Source: Candidatus Tanganyikabacteria bacterium
GTDB taxonomy: Bacteria; Cyanobacteriota; Sericytochromatia; S15B-MN24; VGJW01
Reading direction: 5' to 3'
DNA: 64,000 bases
NCBI GenBank assembly: GCA_016867265.1
Contig: VGJW01000015.1
Coordinates: forward strand, 1,056 to 65,055
Of this stretch, positions 17,441-27,604 are shown one piece after another; within the stretch, counting starts at the first letter, position 1, and each line of letters begins with the position of its first letter. The notes under the pieces were generated by a model. It did no database searches. It was not told where the DNA came from and was given only the letters and a program-made list of their open reading frames with translations. A program made the position numbers and the translations under genes.

Positions 17441-18673
17441 CTAGGGCTGATCGCCCGTGGGGTCCTCGACCTTGAGTTCCGGGTCCTTGGGCTTGAATGC
17501 CGGCGGACGATTGTTGCGCGCAGCGTAAATCAGGCGGCGGAACTCACGCTCGAAGCGCTGGGCAAGCCCTTGGTCGTTCTTGATGATCAAGAACGACTCG
17601 TTGTTCGCGTTCTCGGCATTCTTCGAGTAGTTGTAGGACCCGTTGATGATGGTCTGGCCATCCACCAGGATGATCTTGTGGTGCATCAGGGCCTCGTTGC
17701 CGTCCTTGACGACAGACAACCCGGACATCTTGAACGGGGCATACAGCGAGTACTGGCCGCCTGCGAGCCACCGATCGAAGACGCCGGAGACTTCGACGCC
17801 ATGCTTCGACTTCTGGACCAAGGTCTCGCCGATCTCCTTGTCCGTCAGGGAGAAAGTCATGAAGTGAATCGACTTTCTTGCCTTGCGCAGGACGTCGACG
17901 ACGGCATCGCGACCGCCCCCCTTGGGGGAGAAGTAGAGGCTGACTTCGGCGCCGCCGACGTGGAAGAGACCATCCCCCCCGATGCTGGTCAGCGTGCCCG
18001 CGGGTCCGAAGACGCCATCGACGAACATCGTGTTGAACGTGCGGCGGTAGCGGGACGCGAGCGACTCGCTCTCGAGAACCAGGGCGTTGTTGTTGTGCCG
18101 GAAGAGGCTGCTGGTCGTCAGATTGGTCGAGCCGGTCCATATCGTCTTCTCGTCGATGATCATGAACTTGTTGTGCATGATGGCCGACCGCTGGTCGTCG
18201 CGGATTCTGACGCCCGCCTGCCGCAGCTGGCCGATGGCGAGGCGCTGCTTGGCAGGATTGTCGTGCTCCACCATGTTGTCGCTGTCGGTCGTCAGGCGGA
18301 CCTTGACTCCGCGCTTGGCAGCCCGCACCAGGGCAGCAACGGCGTCGGCATCCGCGATGTCGTAGAACGAACCGTCAATCGACGTCCGGGCCTTGGCAAT
18401 CAGGTCGAAGAAGGACTTGTCGGTGTTCGTGGCGCTGCGGCGTGCCTTGGGTTCATTCGAGGCGATGGTGGAACCGTACGTGTCGTTGAAGTAGACCTGC
18501 AGGCGGCGACCTGCCTGATCCGGTTCGGCACCGAAGGCATCCAGCCCATCGGGTACGGCCACGCTGCCCATTCCCACCACCGAGGGGGTGGAACCGCAAC
18601 CCGCGAGGCCTGCCGTGAGACCCAGCAGGACTGCGATGGCGCGGACCCCGGGGCGAATGTGACGAACGTTCAT
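17441..18673 (-). CDS. Phospholipase D family (Nuc-like) lipoprotein with two HKD domains
   Basis: MHNKFMIID..TGSTN and MHHKIILVD..NGSYN; LAG-C lipobox. Confidence 0.9.
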   Translation of the reverse strand: MNVRHIRPGVRAIAVLLGLTAGLAGCGSTPSVVGMGSVAVPDGLDAFGAEPDQAGRRLQVYFNDTYGSTIASNEPKARRSATNTDKSFFDLIAKARTSIDGSFYDIADADAVAALVRAAKRGVKVRLTTDSDNMVEHDNPAKQRLAIGQLRQAGVRIRDDQRSAIMHNKFMIIDEKTIWTGSTNLTTSSLFRHNNNALVLESESLASRYRRTFNTMFVDGVFGPAGTLTSIGGDGLFHVGGAEVSLYFSPKGGGRDAVVDVLRKARKSIHFMTFSLTDKEIGETLVQKSKHGVEVSGVFDRWLAGGQYSLYAPFKMSGLSVVKDGNEALMHHKIILVDGQTIINGSYNYSKNAENANNESFLIIKNDQGLAQRFEREFRRLIYAARNNRPPAFKPKDPELKVEDPTGDQP

Positions 18674-18680
18674 AGGACCT

Positions 18681-18707
18681 TTATCGCCAACCCGCCAGAA
18701 AAGTTGC
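18681..18707 (-). promoter_or_regulatory. Possible sigma28-type promoter
   Basis: GCAA-N15-GGCGATAA versus consensus TAAA-N15-GCCGATAA. Confidence 0.4.
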
Positions 18708-18718
18708 CTATCTACGGG

Positions 18719-19303
18719 TTAAGAAACACCCAAGGCCGGAGTGGTGCGTCCCTGCTTCAAAAGCGTGGCCAGGCGAACGACCTCACGCCCCAGGGTCTGC
18801 AGTTGCTGGCCGACGGCGGGGTCGACGGGGACACCGGCGCCATCGAAGGCCTGCCACGCCCGGGAGATGGCCACCACGTAGGGAACGGTCAGGCCGCGCA
18901 AGGCCCGGACGGCGTATTCCATGGTGTTGATCGCCTGCATCCCCTGGGTACCGCCAGCGGCAGCAACCAGGCCGATGGGCACGTCCGAAAGGTAGGGGCG
19001 CGGGTCCTTGGCCAGCAACTCTAGCCAATCGAGTGCGTTCTTGAAGGTCCCGCTGACTGTTCCGTGATAGAGGGGACTGCACCACACCATGGCGTCGGCA
19101 GAGCGGACCTCGGCCAGCAGGCGGGCCACCGACGCATCCTCCTCGCGGTTCCTCGCATCGAAGGGAGGCAGGGCCAACACGTTGAGGTCCAGCAGGACGA
19201 TCGTGGCACCGGCAACCTCGGCCTCGGCCAGGACCTGACGCATCGCGGCCGACGTCACCGAGGCATCACCGAGAGCCCCACCCAGTCCGACCACCTTGAC
19301 CAC
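18719..19303 (-). CDS. NADPH-dependent FMN reductase family flavoprotein
   Basis: SPLYHGTVSGTFKNALDW; GGAGGAGG RBS before GTG 19303. Confidence 0.9.
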   Translation of the reverse strand: MVKVVGLGGALGDASVTSAAMRQVLAEAEVAGATIVLLDLNVLALPPFDARNREEDASVARLLAEVRSADAMVWCSPLYHGTVSGTFKNALDWLELLAKDPRPYLSDVPIGLVAAAGGTQGMQAINTMEYAVRALRGLTVPYVVAISRAWQAFDGAGVPVDPAVGQQLQTLGREVVRLATLLKQGRTTPALGVS

Positions 19304-19342
19304 GACGACCTCCTCCGGGCCCCGCGACCTTGGAGACAAAAG

Positions 19343-19414
19343 CTGGGGCGGTAGGATTCGAACCTACGAATGTCGGCTCCAAAGGCCGATGCCTTACCGC
19401 TTGGCGACGCCCCA
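19343..19414 (-). tRNA. tRNA-Gln(UUG), CCA not encoded
   Basis: TGGGGCG/CGCCCCA acceptor stem, anticodon arm TCGGC-CTTTGGA-GCCGA, T-loop GGTTCGAATCC. Confidence 0.96.
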
Positions 19415-19427
19415 CCAACAAGGGCCA

Positions 19428-19456
19428 ATGTTAGCGAGGGCCGGGGCCGGGGTCAA
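19428..19456 (-). promoter_or_regulatory. Sigma70 promoter of tRNA-Gln
   Basis: TTGACC-N17-TAACAT. Confidence 0.7.
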
Positions 19457-19486
19457 TCCCGCAGCGCCCGTGATACGCTTGGGAGC

Positions 19487-20602
19487 ATGCCGATGGTGCC
19501 TGGCGTTCCCGCCGGCGGCGGACCCGCCATGGTGTTGGCGATCGTCCTGCTGCTGGCCTTGCTCATCTTGCTTCACGAGGCTGGCCACTACTTGGCGGCA
19601 CGGTCCATGGGCGTGCCCGTCCGCCAGTTCGGGATCGGCTTCGGACCCGCGCTCTGGTCGCGGGAGTGGGCCGGGACCCGGTTCAGGTTGAACGCGATCC
19701 CCTTCGGCGGCTACTGCGACCTCTCGCTTCCCCCCGCGGAGGGCAAGGAAGAGACTGAAGACGACGGGGGCATGCCCCGGGACGCCCTCGAGGGGCGCAG
19801 CATCCCCGTCCGCATGTGGGTGATGATCGGCGGCATCGTCTTCAACACGATCGGCGGCTGGCTCTGCGTCGTCGCCCAGCTTGGCCTGCAAGGGATACCT
19901 CACGCCACGCCCCGGGACATCGCGCGCGAGGGCATCGTCATCCAGCAGGTGGCATCCGCGCGGGCCCGCGAAGCCGGTCTTCAGGACGGCGACCGCGTCG
20001 TTGGCGTCGCCGGCAAGCCCTTCAAGGCCATCGAGGACTTCGGTTCGGGCCTGCTGCCTTACGCCGGGGCGACCGTCTCCCTCGAGGTGCGGCGCACGAC
20101 CAGCGGCCGCGATGCCACGCTCTCACTGACCGTCTTTCCGGACGCGCGCGGCAAGCTGGGCGTGGCCATCTCGCCGCCGATGGACATCCGCTACACGCCC
20201 GCCGGCGACCTGCTCGAGTTGCTTCGGGCAAGCGGGTCCCGTACCGTGGACATCGCGATCTCGATGGTCAAGGGACTGGGCATGCTCGTCACGGGCAAGC
20301 TGCCGCTCGACACCGTCGGCGGACCTGTCGCCATCGTGCATCTGGGGAGCCGCATGGTGCATGACTTGGCCCAGTACCTGTTCTTCGCGGCGCTGATCAA
20401 TCTCAACCTGGCCGTCGTCAACTTCCTGCCCCTGCCCGCACTCGATGGCGGACGTCTGCTGCTGCTGGCCATCGAGGCCGTAGTCCGTCGACCGCTGCCA
20501 CGGCGCCTCGAAGGTACCATCCACTCCGCGGGGATGGTCGCCATGCTCGGGCTCATCGCCCTCGTCACCCTCAAGGACATTCTGGAACTCTTCCGCCCAT
20601 GA
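19487..20602 (+). CDS. rseP: RIP metalloprotease RseP (M50, PDZ)
   Basis: HEAGH, FGIGFGP, IPFGGY, NFLPLPALDGG; start could be 19529. Confidence 0.93.
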   Translation: MPMVPGVPAGGGPAMVLAIVLLLALLILLHEAGHYLAARSMGVPVRQFGIGFGPALWSREWAGTRFRLNAIPFGGYCDLSLPPAEGKEETEDDGGMPRDALEGRSIPVRMWVMIGGIVFNTIGGWLCVVAQLGLQGIPHATPRDIAREGIVIQQVASARAREAGLQDGDRVVGVAGKPFKAIEDFGSGLLPYAGATVSLEVRRTTSGRDATLSLTVFPDARGKLGVAISPPMDIRYTPAGDLLELLRASGSRTVDIAISMVKGLGMLVTGKLPLDTVGGPVAIVHLGSRMVHDLAQYLFFAALINLNLAVVNFLPLPALDGGRLLLLAIEAVVRRPLPRRLEGTIHSAGMVAMLGLIALVTLKDILELFRP

Positions 20603-21903
20603 CCGCATCCGCCACGACCCGCCAAGCCCGCCTCTGGGATGAGGCCCGCACCCTGATGCCCGGGGGCGTCAACAGCCCCGTGCGTGCATTCCGGGCCGTC
20701 GGCGGTGATCCCGTCTTCGTGGCGAAGGCACAGGGCCCTTGGCTCTGGGACGAGGACGGCAACCGCCTAGTCGACTACATCGGGGCATGGGGGCCCGCCA
20801 TCCTCGGGCACGCCGACCCGGACGTGGTCGCGGCCGTGCAGGATGCGACCACCCGAGGCTTTGCCTTCGGCATGCCCAGCGCCGGAGAGAACGTGCTGGC
20901 CCGGATGCTCATTGACGCCGTCCCCTCGCTGGAACGGGTCAGGTTGGTCAACTCGGGGACCGAAGCGGCCATGAGCGCCGTACGCTTGGCTCGCGCCGGG
21001 ACGGGCCGTGAGCGCATCATCAAGTTCATCGGCTGCTACCACGGCCACGTCGATGCATTGCTGGTCCGTGCCGGGTCGGGCGTCGCCACGCTGGGGCTGC
21101 CCGACAGCCCGGGCGTCCCGGCCTCGACCGCGGCGGGCACGCTCGCCCTCCCCTACAACGACCTCGAGGCCGTTGCGGCCGCCTTCGCCGCACACCCCGA
21201 CAGCATCGCCGGCGTCTTCCTCGAACCCGTGGTCGGCAATGCGGGGCTGATTCCGCCCGCCCCCGGCTTCCTCGAGGGCCTGCGCGACCTGTGCACGCAG
21301 TACGGTGCGCTTCTGGTTTTCGATGAGGTGATGACGGGTTTCCGGGTGGCCTACGGCGGTGCGCAGGCCCGCTACGGCGTCACGCCCGACCTGACTTGCC
21401 TGGCCAAGATCGTCGGGGGCGGCGTCCCCTGCGGTGCCTACGGCGGCCGCGCCGACCTGATGGCGATGGTGGCTCCCGAGGGCCCGATGTACCAGGCCGG
21501 GACGATGTCGGGTAACCCGGTGGCCGTGGCCGGAGGCCTTGCCACGCTGCGCAAGCTGGCCGCGCCGGGCTTCTACGAGGCCCTCGAGGCGACTTCGGCC
21601 GCCGTAGAGGCCGCCATGACCGAGGAGGCTGCCCGGGCAGGCGCCACCGTCACGATTCAGCGCGTAGGCTCGATGCTGACTGTCTTCTTCGGCGATGGAC
21701 CCGTCACCGACTGGGACAGCGCCGCGCGCTCCGATACGGGCGCCTTTGCCCGCTTCCATCAGGCCATGCGGGCCCACGGCGTCATGCTGCCACCCTCGCA
21801 ATATGAATCCTGGTTCGTCTCGGCAACGCACGACGACGAGACGCTGGCACAGACCCGCAAGGCTGCGGCTGCAGCCTTCGAGGCAGTCGTGCGGAGGGCA
21901 TGA
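20599..21903 (+). CDS. hemL: Glutamate-1-semialdehyde 2,1-aminomutase
   Basis: MPGGVNSPVRAF, VNSGTEA, FDEVMTGFR, YQAGTMSGNP. Confidence 0.97.
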   Translation: MTASATTRQARLWDEARTLMPGGVNSPVRAFRAVGGDPVFVAKAQGPWLWDEDGNRLVDYIGAWGPAILGHADPDVVAAVQDATTRGFAFGMPSAGENVLARMLIDAVPSLERVRLVNSGTEAAMSAVRLARAGTGRERIIKFIGCYHGHVDALLVRAGSGVATLGLPDSPGVPASTAAGTLALPYNDLEAVAAAFAAHPDSIAGVFLEPVVGNAGLIPPAPGFLEGLRDLCTQYGALLVFDEVMTGFRVAYGGAQARYGVTPDLTCLAKIVGGGVPCGAYGGRADLMAMVAPEGPMYQAGTMSGNPVAVAGGLATLRKLAAPGFYEALEATSAAVEAAMTEEAARAGATVTIQRVGSMLTVFFGDGPVTDWDSAARSDTGAFARFHQAMRAHGVMLPPSQYESWFVSATHDDETLAQTRKAAAAAFEAVVRRA

Positions 21904-22595
21904 GTCGTCCTGACGCCGTCCGCGGCGAGGATCTGGTCCGCAGCTACGCCCAGGGAGAAGGCGCGGTCCATGCCCTTGCCGGCGTCAGCATGCGGATTCC
22001 CCACGGTGCCTGGGTCGCCATCACGGGTTCCAGCGGCTCGGGCAAGTCGACGCTGCTCAACCTGCTGGGCTGTCTCGACCGCCCGACGTCAGGCCACCTC
22101 GCCATCGACGGCAACGACGTCGCGGCCCTCGACGACGCCGGCCTCGCCCGCCTGCGGAACCGACACCTCGGCTTTGTCTTCCAACAGTTCCATCTGCTGT
22201 CAAGGACCTCGGCCGAGGAGAATGTCGCCCTGCCGCTCGTCTATGCCGGTGTTGCCCGCCCCGAAAGGCTGGCGCGTGCCCGGGAAGCCCTGGACCGGGT
22301 CGGTCTCGCCGACAGGCGGACGCACTGGCCCAGCCAACTGTCCGGGGGCCAGCAGCAACGCGTGGCCATCGCGAGAGCCCTCGTGACCCGGCCGACGCTC
22401 CTGCTGGCCGACGAACCGACAGGTGCCCTGGACTCCCGGACGAGCGAAGAGATTCTCGATCTGTTTGCCGACCTGCACCGTCAGGGCGCGACCGTCGTGA
22501 TGGTGACGCATGACCCGGCGGTGGCGGCCCGGGCGAGCCGACGCCTGGTGCTGGCGGATGGTCGGATCGCAAGCGACGACGGAAGCCTGTCATGA
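21900..22595 (+). CDS. ABC transporter ATP-binding protein (MacB/LolD type)
   Basis: [31 protein letters not shown]. Confidence 0.95.
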   Translation: MSRPDAVRGEDLVRSYAQGEGAVHALAGVSMRIPHGAWVAITGSSGSGKSTLLNLLGCLDRPTSGHLAIDGNDVAALDDAGLARLRNRHLGFVFQQFHLLSRTSAEENVALPLVYAGVARPERLARAREALDRVGLADRRTHWPSQLSGGQQQRVAIARALVTRPTLLLADEPTGALDSRTSEEILDLFADLHRQGATVVMVTHDPAVAARASRRLVLADGRIASDDGSLS

Positions 22596-23893
22596 CCAAG
22601 CCCAGCCGCATCGCGGCGTTGACCCTGCTGACCTTCCTGTTGGCGACGGCCCGGGCTGTCGCCAACCCCGAAGCCCTGGACTTGGGCCGACTGCTCGACA
22701 GGGTACGCGCGACCCATCCGGAAGTGGCTCTGGCCCGGATCAGCCAACTGCGCGCGCAGTTGGAGCGCCAGGTCGCGACCGAAGGCCGCTGGACCGGCCG
22801 TGTCGGCCTCGACGGGTTCGGCGTGGCCAACCAGCGCCTGCCCTTGAGCGGCACGGCGCCCGACCCCTCGGGATTCAGCCAGGGCACGCTCTCGGCTGAA
22901 GGCCGCCTCGTGCTGCTCGACGGCGGTCGGCTCGGCTATGCCGATGCTGCAGCGGCCGCCGGGGAACAGGCCGCAGGGGCCCGCGCCGGGACAGCGCTCA
23001 GGGATCTTGCGGACGGCGTCATTCGTGGCTTCTGGGATCTGCGCCGTGCCGAACTGCTGCGGCAGGTCGCTCAGCAGCAGGTCCAGCAGGCCCGTGCCAC
23101 CTGGGAGGCAGGCCAGGCCGACCTGGCCCACGGCCGCAGGGCTGCGGGCGACGTGGCGGGACTCGAGGCGGCGCACCTTGCCGCCGAATCTGCGTGGCAC
23201 AGGCAGGATCAGACCGTCGCCGAATTCAGGGCGCGCCTTGCTGCCTTGGTGGGCCTGAGTGATGATGCGTGGACCCTCGCGGCGACACCCGTGGCCCCCG
23301 ACAGCCTTCCCGAAGCCTCGGGCAGCTGGCAAGCCAGACCGGAATGGCTGGCCCAGCGCGCCGCGGTCGAGCAGGCCCAGGCGCGACTCGGCGAGGCAGC
23401 CGCAGCGCTCGCTCCGACTGTCGGCCTGTCGGGACGCCTCGAGACCGGAAACGGCCTCGTGCGACCGGACATCCAGCTGCGGACGACGGACCCCTTGGCC
23501 TCGCAATGGAGCCTGCGCCTCGACGTGGCCTGGCCCTGGCTGGACAACGGACGTGCGGGCCGGGCGGCCGAGCGCGCGCGACTCGACCTGCTCGAGGCCG
23601 ACCAGCGAGCAGAACGCCTGCGACGCGATCTCGAACGGGACGAACGCCTGGCCCGCGAGCGCCTGCGCCAGGCGCTGCTGCGCCTGAAACTTCAGGACCG
23701 TGCGGTGGTGGTGGTCGGCCAGGCGCACGCGCTGACAGCCACCCGCTTCAGGCAGGGCCTTGCACTGCCCGTCGAGCTGGAATCGGCCCGCACCCGTCTC
23801 GCCCAGGCCCAGGCCGACCGGATCGATGCCGGCATTGAGGGCATGGTCGCCCATTGGGATCTGGCCCTCGCTCTCGGCAAGGAGAATCCATGA
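22592..23893 (+). CDS. TolC family outer-membrane protein
   Basis: Signal peptide, two OEP-like helical repeats, operon context. Confidence 0.85.
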   Translation: MTKPSRIAALTLLTFLLATARAVANPEALDLGRLLDRVRATHPEVALARISQLRAQLERQVATEGRWTGRVGLDGFGVANQRLPLSGTAPDPSGFSQGTLSAEGRLVLLDGGRLGYADAAAAAGEQAAGARAGTALRDLADGVIRGFWDLRRAELLRQVAQQQVQQARATWEAGQADLAHGRRAAGDVAGLEAAHLAAESAWHRQDQTVAEFRARLAALVGLSDDAWTLAATPVAPDSLPEASGSWQARPEWLAQRAAVEQAQARLGEAAAALAPTVGLSGRLETGNGLVRPDIQLRTTDPLASQWSLRLDVAWPWLDNGRAGRAAERARLDLLEADQRAERLRRDLERDERLARERLRQALLRLKLQDRAVVVVGQAHALTATRFRQGLALPVELESARTRLAQAQADRIDAGIEGMVAHWDLALALGKENP

Positions 23894-25140
23894 ACCGCAG
23901 CCTGCTGATCGCCGCAGCGCTCGTGCCCGTCGTCGGCGTGGCCGGATGGTTGCTGCGTCCGCGTCCTGACCGCGCCGGCAGCGCGGATGTCGTCACCGTG
24001 AGCCGGGGCAGCCTCAAGGTCGATCTGGCCGAGACGGGCACCGTGCAGCCGCTGGTCAAGGTCGACATCAAGAGCCGCATCGCCGGGCCGGTCGCGAGGC
24101 TCGATGTCGATGCGGGCAGCCGTGTCCGCAAGGGCGACATCCTGATGGTTCTCGACACCACCGACTTGGACCGCAACCGGGCCCAGGCCAAGGCCGACCT
24201 GGCTGCGGCACAGGCCCGACTGGACCGCCTGATGGCCGGTCCGAGGCCGGAAGAGATCGCGGCCGCGCGGGCCGAAGTGCGCGTGGCCGAGGCCGAGCTT
24301 GCCCGGGCCCATGACGAAGCCCAGCGCAGCAGAGCCGCCGCGCAGACGCAGACCCTGACGCCTCGGGAACTCGACATGGCCCAACGGGACCTCGATGCGG
24401 CCCGGGCGCGTCGGGACGCAGCCACGGCGCGTCTCGCGATGCTGACCAAGGGCAGCCGCGCCGAGGACATTCGTGAGGCGCGTGCCCAGCGGGACCGCAT
24501 GGGCGTCGTGGTGGCGTCGGCCGAGGATCAACTGCGTTACGCAACCCTGCGATCCCCGCTCGAGGGTGTCGTGATCCGGCGTGGCATCGAGGTCGGGGAG
24601 ATGGTCAGCCCGGGTGTCTCCGCCCTGGCGCAGAGCAATGCCATCTTGACCGTGGCCGACTTGCGCCGCCTGATCATCCAGAGCAACGTGGGCCAAGTCG
24701 ACGTCGGTCGCCTCCGCGTCGGCATGCCCGTGACCGTTCGCGTGGACGCCTTGGGTGACACGGGACTCGAGGGCCGGATCCACCGCATCGCCCCGGCCGC
24801 CGAGGCCCTGAAGGACGGCCTGCAGACCTTTGCCGTCGACACCCTCGTGACGGGTCCCGGGACGGCAAGGCTGCGCCCGGGGATGACGGCGGACCTCGAC
24901 ATCCATGTCGCCGTGCGCGACCAGGTGTTGCTGCTGCCTGTCGAGGCGTTGCTCGACCGCAAGGGCAGCAACGCGACCGTGCGCCTCGCCGACTCCGGCA
25001 AGAAGGGCGGGAAGGCCGGCAAGCGCGAGATTCGCCTCGGCCTCTCCAGCGACAGCGAGGTCGAGGTCTTGTCGGGCCTCGATGAAGGGACCGAGGTCCG
25101 CATCGCGCCGCCTGCGGTCGACAACGCCCTGAAGATGTGA
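23890..25140 (+). CDS. Efflux periplasmic adaptor (MacA/HlyD family)
   Basis: N-terminal anchor, lipoyl halves, long coiled coil, LRPGMTA. Confidence 0.92.
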   Translation: MNRSLLIAAALVPVVGVAGWLLRPRPDRAGSADVVTVSRGSLKVDLAETGTVQPLVKVDIKSRIAGPVARLDVDAGSRVRKGDILMVLDTTDLDRNRAQAKADLAAAQARLDRLMAGPRPEEIAAARAEVRVAEAELARAHDEAQRSRAAAQTQTLTPRELDMAQRDLDAARARRDAATARLAMLTKGSRAEDIREARAQRDRMGVVVASAEDQLRYATLRSPLEGVVIRRGIEVGEMVSPGVSALAQSNAILTVADLRRLIIQSNVGQVDVGRLRVGMPVTVRVDALGDTGLEGRIHRIAPAAEALKDGLQTFAVDTLVTGPGTARLRPGMTADLDIHVAVRDQVLLLPVEALLDRKGSNATVRLADSGKKGGKAGKREIRLGLSSDSEVEVLSGLDEGTEVRIAPPAVDNALKM

Positions 25141-26369
25141 TGGTCCTCGAACACATCCGGCAGGCCATGGCCCAAATGGCCGCATCCCGCGCCCGCACCG
25201 CACTTACGGTGCTCGCCATCGCCATCGGTGTCCTGTCCGTAGTGCTGCTGGTCAGCCTGGGCCAGAGTGCGCTGGTCTCGCTGACCCGGGGCATCGAGGC
25301 CATCGGGGGGACACGCATCGTGATAGTCTGGCCGGACGCGCCCCAGGTTGCGGCAATGAAGCAGGCCTCCTACACCGATGGTCTGACGCTCGCCGACGCG
25401 CGCGCCCTGCGCGCCAGACTGCCGCGTGTTGCCAGCGTGGCCCCTGTCGCTGGAGGCGGCGAAGACAGCGAGGCCGTCCACGCCGGCGGCGGCCGGATGG
25501 CACGCCTCGACATCGCAGGCGTCGACGAGGCCTACATCTCTGGCCACGCCCTGAAGGTACAGGAAGGCCGAGATCTCACGGCCGGGGACCTCGATCGCCG
25601 GGAGCACGTCTGCATCCTGGGCCGGCTGGCTGCGGACCGGCTGTTTCCTGACGGCCGGGCCGTGGGCCGGGAAGTCAGGGTCGCAGACACCCGCTACCGC
25701 GTCGTGGGCACGCTGGCGATGGCCCTGAAAGCCGGCATGCGTTTCGGCACGGACTGGAACGAAGTCGTCCTGCTGCCGCTGACCGTCGCCTCTCCGGAAG
25801 GGCGGCTGCGCATGATTTCGGTGACGACGACAGCCTCTCGCCACAATCCCGAGGTCGTGGCCCTTGCCAACAGTCTGCTGCTGCATCGCCATCGCCAGGT
25901 CGACGACTTCCAGTTCCTCGATCTGGGCACCATGATCGCGGGCTACTACAAGGCCTACGACGCGATGATCCTCGTGGTGGGCCTGCTCGCAGGCGTCAGC
26001 CTCGTCATCGGTGGCGTCGGCATCACGAACATGATGCTCGTCGGCGTCGTCGAACGGACCCGTGAGATTGGCCTGCGCATCGCCCTCGGGGCGCCTGCCG
26101 GCACCATCCGCCAACAGTTCCTGATCGAAGCCCTGGTGTTGGCGTGCGTCGGTGGCCTGGCGGGCCTTGGCGCGGGCGTGGGAATCGTTTCCCTTCTGGC
26201 GTCGATCGTGCCCCGGTTCCAGCCCGAGTGGACGGTGGTGCTGAGTTGGCCGGCCGTCGGTGCCGCGGTGTTCGCGACGCTCGCGACCGGCGTGGCCTTC
26301 GGCTGGATGCCCGCGCGTCGGGCGGCGGCACTGGACCCTGTCGCGGCGCTTCGCGGGGATGCGGCATGA
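25137..26369 (+). CDS. ABC permease (MacB_PCD/FtsX)
   Basis: GGVGITNMMLVGVVERTREIGLRIALGA; AAALDPVAALR. Confidence 0.93.
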   Translation: MMVLEHIRQAMAQMAASRARTALTVLAIAIGVLSVVLLVSLGQSALVSLTRGIEAIGGTRIVIVWPDAPQVAAMKQASYTDGLTLADARALRARLPRVASVAPVAGGGEDSEAVHAGGGRMARLDIAGVDEAYISGHALKVQEGRDLTAGDLDRREHVCILGRLAADRLFPDGRAVGREVRVADTRYRVVGTLAMALKAGMRFGTDWNEVVLLPLTVASPEGRLRMISVTTTASRHNPEVVALANSLLLHRHRQVDDFQFLDLGTMIAGYYKAYDAMILVVGLLAGVSLVIGGVGITNMMLVGVVERTREIGLRIALGAPAGTIRQQFLIEALVLACVGGLAGLGAGVGIVSLLASIVPRFQPEWTVVLSWPAVGAAVFATLATGVAFGWMPARRAAALDPVAALRGDAA

Positions 26370-27604
26370 CGTGGGGCGACCAGTGGCAACTGGTGCTCGA
26401 GGCCATCGTGCGCCACCGCTTCCGCAGCCTGCTGACGCTGCTGGGGATCATTCTTGGAGTCGGCACCCTGGTGGCGTTGTCCAGTACGGTCCGCAGCGCG
26501 GAGCACTATCTTGCCCGCAGCCTGCAGCAAGCTTCGGGGGAGGATGTCTTCAGCCTGTCGCGCAAGTGGCAGGAGGACCCCGGAACTGCAGCGGCACCGC
26601 CCTTGTCCCGCCTGGACGCCCGCGCCCTTCGCGCCACGGAACGCCTGTCCGGAACCACCGTCTTGGGCCGGCACGTCAAGCGGGTCCGGTGGGGTGAACG
26701 CTTCGGCCAGGGCATCACGGTCGTGGGCACGCGACCCGAGGCCCTGGGCTTCTACAGGCTGGAGTTGCGCCGGGGCAGATTCCTGACGCCTCAGGACTTG
26801 GACGACAGGGCCCAGGTTGCCGTGGTCGGGGCCAAGGCGGCCCGGGGCCTTGCTGCGCGACAGGGACCGATCCGCGTCGGCGGCTGGATTCGCCTGGACG
26901 GACACCGCTACCGGGTCGTGGGCATCCTCGCGCGGAAACCGGCTGTCCAAGGCCAGAGCTTCTTCACTTGGGACGGATCTGTGCTGGTCCCGGAGACACG
27001 TTTCCAGGAACATTTCGCCAGCATCAAGGACCTTCGCGAGATCGTGGTGCGCGCAACGCAGGAGACGCTCGAGGCAAGGCCTCTGGCCAGCCTGGTGCAC
27101 GCCGCCCGGGCGATTGTCACGTGGCGCCACGGAGGCGTCCAGAATTTCAAGGTGACGGACCCCCGCGAGAACCAGTCCTCGGTGCGGCTGGCGTCGGCCA
27201 TCGGCCTCGGGCTCGAAGTCGTCATCGCCAGTGTCTGCCTGCTGGTAGGCGGCATGAACCTGATGAACGTGCTGCTGTTCTCGACGCTGCAACGCACGCC
27301 GGAAATTGCCCTCAGGCGTGCGCTCGGGGCGACGCGGCAGGATATCCTCGTGATGTTCCTGGGCGAGGCCATGCTGCTTGCCGTGCTGGGAGCCGTGGTG
27401 GGTGTCGGCGGCGGCCTGCTCGTGGCCGGGCTGGGCTCGTGGGTCCTCGGGCAGGTGCTGGGCTCCTGGACCTTCTCGTGGCCATGGACGGCCGTGGCGG
27501 CCGGAGTCGCCGCGGCCCTCGCCACCGGGGCCGTGTTCGGGGCAAGGCCGGCACTCTCCGCGGCCGGGCTCGATCCGGCGCAAGCCCTCAGGAGGGAAGG
27601 ATGA
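26366..27604 (+). CDS. Second ABC permease (MacB_PCD/FtsX)
   Basis: RSLLTLLGIILGV; QRTPEIALRRALGA; LDPAQALR. Confidence 0.92.
   Translation: MTWGDQWQLVLEAIVRHRFRSLLTLLGIILGVGTLVALSSTVRSAEHYLARSLQQASGEDVFSLSRKWQEDPGTAAAPPLSRLDARALRATERLSGTTVLGRHVKRVRWGERFGQGITVVGTRPEALGFYRLELRRGRFLTPQDLDDRAQVAVVGAKAARGLAARQGPIRVGGWIRLDGHRYRVVGILARKPAVQGQSFFTWDGSVLVPETRFQEHFASIKDLREIVVRATQETLEARPLASLVHAARAIVTWRHGGVQNFKVTDPRENQSSVRLASAIGLGLEVVIASVCLLVGGMNLMNVLLFSTLQRTPEIALRRALGATRQDILVMFLGEAMLLAVLGAVVGVGGGLLVAGLGSWVLGQVLGSWTFSWPWTAVAAGVAAALATGAVFGARPALSAAGLDPAQALRREG

Noticed and set aside
17441..18673. PLD nucleases as an anti-phage defence system
   Set aside because: Lipoprotein signal and no helicase, methylase or other defence partners adjacent
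18719..19303. FMN reductase as a pseudogene because GSxR is replaced by GALG
   Set aside because: ORF intact with strong RBS and the other motifs conserved
19343..19414. tRNA-Gln as an integration site for an island
   Set aside because: No integrase and no duplicated tRNA 3' end seen in the window
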